A stretch of 11,048 bases of DNA from Bdellovibrionia bacterium (lineage in GTDB: Bacteria > Bdellovibrionota > UBA1018): NCBI GenBank assembly GCA_049424145.1, contig JBMSSC010000093.1, positions 1 to 11,048 of the forward strand, in the 5' to 3' direction. A program made the translations under genes and the position numbers. The stretch's first letter is position 1. Each line of letters opens with the position of its first letter. The notes under the pieces were generated by a model. That model did not search any database. It saw only the letters and a program-made list of their open reading frames with translations, and had not been told where the DNA came from. Below, piece by piece: positions 1 to 6,205 of this stretch.

Positions 1-234
1 TGGCGGGTGAATCTCAGTTTATCATTGGATCTGACTCTGACGGACACTCAGAACCAGTTTGCCACTCGAGGGCTGGAAAAAATGATCAATCCGGCTTTGA
101 CTTTCACACGTTGGCTGGGTAAAGACTTTTCTGTGAGCTTGAATTATGCGTATATAAATAATATTTCAAAAGATCAGAATTATTATGCCTATTCTAAACA
201 TATTTTTGGAGGAGGCCTGATTTACAGGTTCTAA
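1..234 (+). CDS. C-terminal part of an outer-membrane beta-barrel protein (possibly DUF560/Slam-like); 5'-truncated by the window edge
   Basis: Frame is open from base 1 (WRVNLSLSLDLTL...). Alternating hydrophobic beta-strand pattern, a YxxNxS...YxYxK motif, and a C-terminal beta-signal GGGLIYRF ending in Phe. Confidence 0.7.
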   Translation, partial: WRVNLSLSLDLTLTDTQNQFATRGLEKMINPALTFTRWLGKDFSVSLNYAYINNISKDQNYYAYSKHIFGGGLIYRF

Positions 235-491
235 TGCAGATGGATCAAATACAGAAAAGTAGAAATCAGATTTGGGAGAGTTGGTGGACTTTTTTTATCT
301 CAGTGGCTTTTGTGGGTCCGTTTGCTTTGCCTTTGCTGTGGCGGAATCCTAGGCAGAGTAAGAAGACGAAAGTGGTAGTGAGTTTTTTGGTGATAGCGCT
401 GACTTTGGTCCTTCTGCTCGGAGGGGCTTGGGTGATGGAACAGCTCAATCAAAAATTGCAAGCTCTTCAACTTCAAAACTCGAATTCTTAA
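234..491 (+). CDS. Small membrane protein (85 aa, about 2 TM segments), function unknown
   Basis: Start overlaps the upstream stop (TAATG, 232-236). Hydrophobic segments WWTFFISVAFVGPFALPLLW and VVVSFLVIALTLVLLLGGAWV flank a basic loop. Confidence 0.75.
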   Translation: MQMDQIQKSRNQIWESWWTFFISVAFVGPFALPLLWRNPRQSKKTKVVVSFLVIALTLVLLLGGAWVMEQLNQKLQALQLQNSNS

Positions 492-549
492 TCAAGAAAC
501 GGCTGGGTGAGTGGGATTTAATTCCGACGCTTCAAGACGACTATAAATC

Positions 550-582
550 GCTCAGGCTTGACTAGAGCCTGAGCTCAGGCTC
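550..582. repeat. Nested inverted repeats (GCTCAGGCT / AGCCTGAGC / GCTCAGGCT)
   Basis: 550-558 pairs with 566-574. Positions 565-582 form a perfect 18-bp palindrome GAGCCTGAGCTCAGGCTC, and T-rich sequence follows. Confidence 0.7.
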
Positions 583-655
583 CTTAGGGCTTTCTAGTTT
601 GTGCTTTTTCATTCTCCTTGCGCAATGATCGGTTATTTTTTTAGACCGAAAAGAT

Positions 656-685
656 TTGACAAGCTTTTCCTTTTCCAAATACTGT
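656..685 (+). promoter_or_regulatory. Candidate sigma70 promoter (distal) for nrdAB
   Basis: TTGACA (656-661), 18-nt spacer, TACTGT (680-685). Confidence 0.45.
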
Positions 686-739
686 AGCGTCACATGACGG
701 TGCTGAAAAATCTTTCGATCCAGGCGCAATGCTGTTGGG

Positions 740-766
740 TTGACAAGAGTGTGGCAGTTGTAGACT
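740..766 (+). promoter_or_regulatory. Candidate sigma70 promoter (proximal) for nrdAB
   Basis: TTGACA (740-745), then TAGACT (761-766). The 15-nt spacer is suboptimal. Confidence 0.3.
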
Positions 767-829
767 AACGTAAAATGTACTGAAACAATCATTCCCAGAG
801 ATACCCTGGAGCTACAGTTGAATTTTTAA

Positions 830-865
830 TTGGAATTCATTGGGATTTGGAATTTATTGGAATTT
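830..865 (+). repeat. TTGG(A/G)ATT direct repeats immediately upstream of the nrdA RBS
   Basis: Copies start at 830, 840, 847 and 857, forming a 17-bp tandem duplication with 2 mismatches. SD AAGGAG at 867-872. Confidence 0.7.
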
Positions 866-879
866 GAAGGAGCGGTTAA

Positions 880-3192
880 ATGCAAGTCATTAAAAGGGAT
901 GGAACCTTTGAAGATGTTAAAATTGAAAAAATTTTACATGCGGTGAATCGAGCCTGCCGTGGGATTCCTGGTGTTGAGTCCCTTGAGATTGCCAAACGAA
1001 CCATTAGCGCTCTTCATCAGGGTAGCACCACTCAAGAATTAGACGAGCTCTCGATTTCAAACGCAGTTCTTTTGATGACGGATGAACCCAACTACTCCAA
1101 AGTGGCTGCTCGAATGCTGGCTGAGAGTATTCGTAAGGAAGTGGGACGAGATTTAGCTTTCCGAGATTACATTCAGACCGGAGCGCAGTTAGGTTTGCTC
1201 TCGGGCAACTTAGTGGAACTGGCTCAACAAGATGTGAATGCGATTGAGTATGCCATTCGCCATGAACGGGATGATTTGTTTGAGTATTTTGGATTGAAAA
1301 CGGTCGCAGATCGGTATTTGCTTCGAGATCCGAAAAGCAGAAAGCTCATTGAGCGTCCGCAGTGGTTATTCATGCGGGTGGCGTTAGGGTTGTCTAAGAA
1401 CCTGGATGAAGCCATTAGCTTCTATAATATCATTAGCCAATTTGAGTACATGCCGGCCACACCGACTTTATTTAACTCGGGTACTCGCCATCCTCAGATG
1501 AGTTCGTGTTATCTCTTGACGGTTTCTGATGACAGTTTAGAGGGGATTTATAAATCCATTACCGACTGTGCGCGGTTGGCGAAGTTTTCAGGGGGAATCG
1601 GAATTGACTGGACTCGAATCCGTGCCTCAGGAGCGTTGATTCATGGTACCAACGGCCTAAGCAACGGAATCATCCCCTTTTTGAAAGTCTTTGATTCGTC
1701 GGTTCACGCCATTAATCAGGGCGGAAAAAGAAAAGGCGCTGCCGCCGTTTATCTTGAGCCTTGGCATGCGGATATTGAGTCTTTCTTGGAGTTAAGAAAC
1801 AATACCGGAGCCGAGGAGCGACGAACCCATAATTTGAACCTGGCTCTTTGGGTCTCCGATCTGTTCATGAAGCGCGTAGATCAGGACGCTACCTGGAGCT
1901 TGTTTTCTCCGAGTGATGTGCCTGAGCTTTTAGAGACCTATGGAGAAGAGTTTGAGTCGGCTTATGAAAAGGCAGAAAAAGACGGTAAAGCCGTTCGTAC
2001 GGTCCAAGCTCGGTCTTTGTATGCTCGAATGATCCAAACGCTCGCTGAGACGGGAAATGGTTGGATCTGTTTTAAAGATAAAGCGAATCTTCGTTCCGCT
2101 CAGACAGCGAAAAAAGGAAACGTGATTCGAAGCTCCAATCTATGCACGGAAATTCTCGAAGTCACCTCCAGTTCAGAGACTGCAGTCTGCAACTTGGGAA
2201 GTGTGAATTTATCGATGTTCGTGAACTCGAAGCAGGAGTTTGATTTTGATCGCTTGAGAAAAGTAGTTGATACGGCAGTTCAGTTTCTAGACCGAGTGAT
2301 CGATATTAACTTCTACAACACTCCTGAAGCTAAAGCTTCAAACCAAAAGTGGCGACCCGTGGGACTGGGTATTATGGGTTTGCAAGACGCCTTGTTTAAG
2401 ATGCGCTTGCCGTTCACCAGTGAGGACGCAAAAAAGCTCTCCTCTCAAATCTCCGAGACGATTTACTACCAAGCCTTAAATACGAGCATGAGATTAGCTC
2501 AGCAATCAGAGCCGTTTGAAATGTTCCGGGAATCCCGCTATGCAGATGGTGAGCTTCAGGTTCAGTTGGCCAGAAAGTATCAGAATAGCCTGCCTGAGCT
2601 ACATTATGATTGGGATCGCTTGGCTCAAGACGTTCGGACACATGGGTTAAGAAATAGCCTTCTGATTGCCATTGCTCCCACGGCAACCATTGCATCCATT
2701 GTCGGAAGTTTTGAGAGTATTGAGCCTCAGATTTCAAACTTTTTTAAGCGGGAAACCCTCAGTGGTGAGTTTTTGCAAGTCAATCGCTACTTGATTGCTG
2801 ACTTAAAGAAGCGGGGTCTTTGGAGCTCTCAGATGCGTTCGAAGATCATTCAACACGAGGGGTCGATTCAGGAGATCGATGAGATTCCAAGTGAGCTTAA
2901 AGATCTTTATAAAACCGTTTGGGAGATCTCTCAGAAGGAGCTGATTGACATGGCGGCCTTACGCTCGGCATTCATCTGTCAGTCTCAATCCTTAAATTTA
3001 TTCATTGAAAACCCCACCATTGGGAAGCTTTCTTCCATGTATATGTATGCGTGGAACCAAGGGGTGAAAACCACTTATTATTTGCGCTCAAGGGCAAGAA
3101 CGAGCATCCAAAAGGCTACCGTCTCAGTGACTCCTGAGGCAGCCTTGGCCTGCTCCCTTGAGAATCCTGAATCCTGTGAAGCATGTCAGTGA
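880..3192 (+). CDS. nrdA: Ribonucleoside-diphosphate reductase class I alpha subunit with N-terminal ATP cone
   Basis: ATP-cone start VIKRDG; PATPTLFNSG; MSSCYL; SSNLCTEI (N/C/E active site); TAVCNLGS; IAPTATIASI; KTTYYLRS (radical-transfer Tyr pair); C-terminal CEAC. Confidence 0.97.
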   Translation: MQVIKRDGTFEDVKIEKILHAVNRACRGIPGVESLEIAKRTISALHQGSTTQELDELSISNAVLLMTDEPNYSKVAARMLAESIRKEVGRDLAFRDYIQTGAQLGLLSGNLVELAQQDVNAIEYAIRHERDDLFEYFGLKTVADRYLLRDPKSRKLIERPQWLFMRVALGLSKNLDEAISFYNIISQFEYMPATPTLFNSGTRHPQMSSCYLLTVSDDSLEGIYKSITDCARLAKFSGGIGIDWTRIRASGALIHGTNGLSNGIIPFLKVFDSSVHAINQGGKRKGAAAVYLEPWHADIESFLELRNNTGAEERRTHNLNLALWVSDLFMKRVDQDATWSLFSPSDVPELLETYGEEFESAYEKAEKDGKAVRTVQARSLYARMIQTLAETGNGWICFKDKANLRSAQTAKKGNVIRSSNLCTEILEVTSSSETAVCNLGSVNLSMFVNSKQEFDFDRLRKVVDTAVQFLDRVIDINFYNTPEAKASNQKWRPVGLGIMGLQDALFKMRLPFTSEDAKKLSSQISETIYYQALNTSMRLAQQSEPFEMFRESRYADGELQVQLARKYQNSLPELHYDWDRLAQDVRTHGLRNSLLIAIAPTATIASIVGSFESIEPQISNFFKRETLSGEFLQVNRYLIADLKKRGLWSSQMRSKIIQHEGSIQEIDEIPSELKDLYKTVWEISQKELIDMAALRSAFICQSQSLNLFIENPTIGKLSSMYMYAWNQGVKTTYYLRSRARTSIQKATVSVTPEAALACSLENPESCEACQ

Positions 3193-3221
3193 ATTGGACA
3201 CGAAACGAACCGAGGTGAACT

Positions 3222-4229
3222 ATGATTCTCAGTACTGATTTGGATTTAACCCTAAGACCCATGAAGTATCCGCAGTTCTTTCAGTTGTACAAGAACTCGA
3301 TTAAAAATATCTGGACTACAGATGAGATTGATTTTTCGATCGATTACCAGCATCTGAGGGACCGTCTCTCACCTCAGGAGTCGCATTTAATTAAGCGTCT
3401 CGTGGCCTTTTTTGCTACAGCAGATAATCTGGTGGCTCATAATCTGGTGCTGAACTTTTACAAGCACGTGAATTCACCTGAGTATCGAATGTTCTTGGGT
3501 AAGCAGCTTTTTGACGAGATGCTGCATGTGGAGACCTATCTCTTATTGGTGGATAATTACATTCCAGAGATCGAAGAGCGGCAGAAAGCATTTGATGCTT
3601 ATCAGAACATTCCTTCAGTGAAGTTGAAGGCTGACTTTTGCTTTAAGTACATGGATTCGATCTATCATTTAGATAAACTCGATTCTCATGAGAAGCGAAG
3701 ACAGTTTGTTGAGAACTTGATCTGCTTTGCTGCATGTGTGGAAGGGCTGTTTTTCTTTGGCTCGTTTGCTTACGTGTATTTCCTAAGAAACAAGGGCCTG
3801 CTTCCTGGTCTAGCCACGGCGACCAACTGGGTGTTTAGAGATGAGACCATGCATATTGAAGGTGCCATGCAGGTGATTCAGGCGATTCGAAAAGAATATC
3901 CTGAAATTTTTGACGCAAGCTTAACAGAACGTGTGGGCCAGATGATGGAAGAGGCGCTCACAGTGGAAATGAGCTTCTGTCAGGATGCCCTCAGTTTAGG
4001 CGTCAATGGGATGTCTCCAACACTGATGAAAGAGTACTTGCAGTACGTCGCCGATCAGCGACTCACGCAGATGGGATTTGCAAAGATGTACTCCTCAAAA
4101 AATCCCTTCTCATTCATGGTGCTCCAAGATCTGCAGCCGCTGACCAACTTCTTTGAAAAACGGGTGACCGAATATCAAAAAGGAATCGACACCAGCGGAA
4201 GCTCCGTGGTGTTTAACGAAGCGTTTTAA
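3222..4229 (+). CDS. nrdB: Ribonucleoside-diphosphate reductase class I beta subunit (di-metal, tyrosyl-radical type)
   Basis: W31; ligands D68, E99/H102 (DEMLH), CVEG and RDETMH; radical Tyr106 four residues after His102; C-terminal NFFEKRVTEY. SD GAGGTG upstream. Confidence 0.96.
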   Translation: MILSTDLDLTLRPMKYPQFFQLYKNSIKNIWTTDEIDFSIDYQHLRDRLSPQESHLIKRLVAFFATADNLVAHNLVLNFYKHVNSPEYRMFLGKQLFDEMLHVETYLLLVDNYIPEIEERQKAFDAYQNIPSVKLKADFCFKYMDSIYHLDKLDSHEKRRQFVENLICFAACVEGLFFFGSFAYVYFLRNKGLLPGLATATNWVFRDETMHIEGAMQVIQAIRKEYPEIFDASLTERVGQMMEEALTVEMSFCQDALSLGVNGMSPTLMKEYLQYVADQRLTQMGFAKMYSSKNPFSFMVLQDLQPLTNFFEKRVTEYQKGIDTSGSSVVFNEAF

Positions 4230-4270
4230 AAAATAGTGTTCGAAGCGCTGGAACGAAAGACGGGTTTTTC

Positions 4271-4435
4271 ATGTCAACCAAGACGCTGAAGGTTTTAACC
4301 GGGTTGTTTGGATTTGGTGTTCTGGGGATTGCCGTGAGTTTGGTGATGACCGTAATTCTCGGAGTGCAGGATTACCGGCTTAAGCATCAGCCTCAGGCCC
4401 CACATTTTATCCCGACACCGGCACAGCATCCGTAA
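4271..4435 (+). CDS. Small single-TM protein (54 aa), absent from the ORF track
   Basis: MSTKTLKVLTGLFGFGVLGIAVSLVMTVILGVQDYRLKHQPQAPHFIPTPAQHP*. Basic N-terminus, one long hydrophobic helix, Pro/His/Gln-rich tail; starts 41 nt after nrdB. No clear SD. Confidence 0.6.
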   Translation: MSTKTLKVLTGLFGFGVLGIAVSLVMTVILGVQDYRLKHQPQAPHFIPTPAQHP

Positions 4436-4450
4436 GAAGAACAGGCGACT

Positions 4451-4519
4451 CGATCAGCTCAGGCCGCTTTCGACCCAGCGAGAATCTTGATTCGGGTCTA
4501 AAGTGGTCTGAGCTGATTG
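4451..4519 (+). repeat. 26-bp imperfect inverted repeat (long hairpin) in the convergent gap
   Basis: 4451-4476 versus 4494-4519 has 4 differences. Three are G.U wobbles on the + strand RNA and one is a C.U mismatch. Confidence 0.8.
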
Positions 4520-5400
4520 GAATGCGTGAGATGCTTCTTGGGTTTTGAAGCCCACGATTGCTGCCTACTCTGTAATGCAGACGAGTAGGTCTCGGGCTTT
4601 TTTCCAACGGATGCCCAGGTCCCCGAGGGCTTCGACTTTAAGCTGTTTTGAAGCTCTGAGTAAAATCGTAAGTAGCGTTGCATGACTCGAGATGGATACA
4701 CTTGGGGCTGTGTATTTCGATTTAAGTGCTTTCTCACATTGCCTGAACCCATGTTATAGGCGGCCAAGTACAGTTGGCCGCGGTAATCAAATTCCTCTCT
4801 TAAGTAGGCCAGGTAAGCGGATCCAATGATGATATTGGAAACGGGGTTTTTCAAAGTCTTCTTTCCCTTCCAAGGGATTTCAAACAGCTCGGTGATCCAG
4901 GCACCTGTCTCAGGGGTGATTTGCATCAGTCCGATTTCCCCCGCGCTTCCTAAGGCTTCCGGGTTAAAGCTACTTTCGTTTTCAATGACGGACATGAGAA
5001 AGACCGGGTCAAAGCCGTACTTCTGGCTTTGTTGAATGATGGTGTTGGCAATGGGTCTGGACTGGTGTTTCCAAGTTTCAGGTAAAGCTTTCGAGGTCCA
5101 GAGGATGAGGAATTGACCAATCATGGCGACCTCCTCTCCGGATTTGACGACGCTTTTGGGCTACTGTTTTCCCATCAGCTCCTTGGCATGAATCCATCGA
5201 GAAATGGCTTTTTCGGCATCCAGCTCCGTGAGCAAGGCGGTGTGATGAATGCTCCAGGAGGGCTTAGAATGAACCAAGGGCGTGCTTCCTTCATGCGTAC
5301 CGGCTTGCGCGCTGGCCTTCGGGCTTGCTTGAGGGCTAGCCCAAGCCTGGGGGGTTAAGGCGAGGGCCAGGACCAGCAGATGGCTTTGAAGTTTCCTCAT
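4498..5400 (-). pseudogene. Exported SLT-family lytic transglycosylase interrupted by one in-frame TAG at 5161-5163 (pseudogene, readthrough, split gene or sequence error)
   Basis: ORFs 5161..5400 and 4498..5124 are in the same frame, joined by 12 sense codons (HAKELMGKQ*PKSVVKSGEEVAMIGQF). The N-terminal part has a signal peptide (LLVLALALTPQAWA). The C-terminal part has SLT motifs IENESSFNP (catalytic Glu), GEIGLMQI and LAAYNMG. Confidence 0.8.
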
Positions 5401-5414
5401 GGTCTCTCTCTTAG

Positions 5415-5431
5415 AGCAATCAGCAGGCCAA
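5415..5431 (-). promoter_or_regulatory. Sigma54 (-24/-12) promoter for the transglycosylase gene
   Basis: Minus strand reads TTGGC-CTGCTGA-TTGCT, the exact TGGC-N7-TTGC spacing. An IHF-like TTTCAATAGGTTA lies just upstream (5445-5457). Confidence 0.6.
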
Positions 5432-5532
5432 GAAGAGATAATTCTAACCTATTGAAAACCAAGGAAAAAACTATCATAATTGATATTTCCCCGAGCTTCA
5501 GGTTTGAGAATCAGTGGTCAACTGTCGATCGT

Positions 5533-6027
5533 TTAGGCATTTTGTGACAAATCGGGTGTTTTAATTTCTAAAGATAAAGGTGGGCTGCTTTCCGCCTTCT
5601 TTCCCTCTTGGTTTTCAGCAATGATTTTCACTGCATAGGAGATGGTTCTTCCACTGACGGCAAGACTGCGAAGCTGCTCGGGCGTGACTTGGGCTCGCCA
5701 GGTAGTGCCCCCAATGTTTTCCATGGGGATCTCAACGGGGATGGTAGTGAATTGAAGCGTCACGCGAGTGATTTTTGAGCTGAAGTCTTTGACGTCCGCA
5801 AGAATCTCAGGGGTGCGGTTGGGCTGAAGGCTTCGGTTCAATTCCACTTGATGAGGATCCACTCGAGCATTTAAGACGGTGGGGCCTCGTACCGAGAGTG
5901 CTTCACTGAGATCTTTGGGGCTCGGAACGCTCGAGCATCCGACAACTGAGAGCAAAGTAAACCCCAGAAAGAGAGGAGCAACAGGATCAAAAGACAGGCG
6001 GTTGAATTGGAATTTTTTAAGCTTCAT
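5533..6027 (-). CDS. Lipoprotein with a beta-rich (possibly Ig-like) domain; likely start ATG 6027 (164 aa)
   Basis: MKLKKFQ... has a basic n-region, hydrophobic h-region PLFLGFTLLS and lipobox VVG-C. The 31 extra codons from 6120 do not look like protein. Confidence 0.75.
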   Translation of the reverse strand: MKLKKFQFNRLSFDPVAPLFLGFTLLSVVGCSSVPSPKDLSEALSVRGPTVLNARVDPHQVELNRSLQPNRTPEILADVKDFSSKITRVTLQFTTIPVEIPMENIGGTTWRAQVTPEQLRSLAVSGRTISYAVKIIAENQEGKKAESSPPLSLEIKTPDLSQNA

Positions 6028-6040
6028 ACCGAAGCGGCTC

Positions 6041-6057
6041 TGCAAGATTAAAGCCCG
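6041..6057 (-). promoter_or_regulatory. Possible sigma54 promoter for the lipoprotein gene
   Basis: Minus strand reads CGGGC-TTTAATC-TTGCA (GG-N10-GC spacing), ending 14 nt before ATG 6027. Confidence 0.4.
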
Positions 6058-6127
6058 GAAAACTTTTTTCCCCCTTCCTCCAGTTCCCCGATCGCCAACA
6101 CCTTGCGTGAGCTCCGGCATTCGGATA

Positions 6128-6176
6128 TGGTCTCAGACTAGACCAAAGTCATTTAAAAGCTGGGTGTTACACTCAG
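6128..6176. promoter_or_regulatory. Two palindromic operator-like sites and an extended -10 element in the divergent intergenic region
   Basis: TGGTCT-N6-AGACCA (6128-6145). CTGGGTGT-T-ACACTCAG (6160-6176, 1 mismatch) contains TGnTACACT. Confidence 0.4.
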
Positions 6177-6205
6177 AAAATTTTCTAACGGGTGAAGGAA
6201 GCGTT

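Noticed and set aside
675..690. Possible NrdR box (CCAAATACTGTAGCGT)
   Set aside because: Only the right half fits acaCwAtATaTwGtgt, and there is no tandem partner.
562..792. 76-aa minus-strand ORF
   Set aside because: It lies over the nrdA promoter region, has no RBS and shows no recognisable protein features.
830..865. CsrA/RsmA sites in the GGA repeats
   Set aside because: The context is TTGGA rather than ANGGA, and the GGAs are not in hairpin loops.
880..4229. Intein, intron or non-canonical (Ic/Ie) RNR cofactor site
   Set aside because: Both frames are continuous and of normal size, and NrdB keeps Asp68, both ExxH motifs and the radical Tyr.
4238..4270. Terminator after nrdB
   Set aside because: Only a weak GTTC/GAAC stem, and it is not adjacent to the T-run.
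4612..4636. SRP RNA or ribozyme similarity (CCAGGTCC...)
   Set aside because: It lacks the SRP GGAA tetraloop/AGCAG motif and the hammerhead CUGANGA/GAAA core.
5161..5163. Genome-wide TAG reassignment (alternative genetic code)
   Set aside because: TAG ends the BI-1 gene at its canonical C-terminus (FGNRRD*), and no other long gene in the window contains an internal TAG.
5302..5352. ASPQ-ASPK-ASAQ repeat after the transglycosylase signal peptide
   Set aside because: An ordinary low-complexity linker, diverged at the DNA level.
6028..6120. N-terminal extension of the lipoprotein ORF
   Set aside because: It would place the lipobox about 60 residues in. ATG 6027 gives a normal signal peptide.
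5879..6205. 109-aa N-terminal extension of the MMPL ORF
   Set aside because: It overlaps the opposite-strand lipoprotein gene and the promoter region. A TTG with an SD at 6206 gives a typical MMPL N-terminus.
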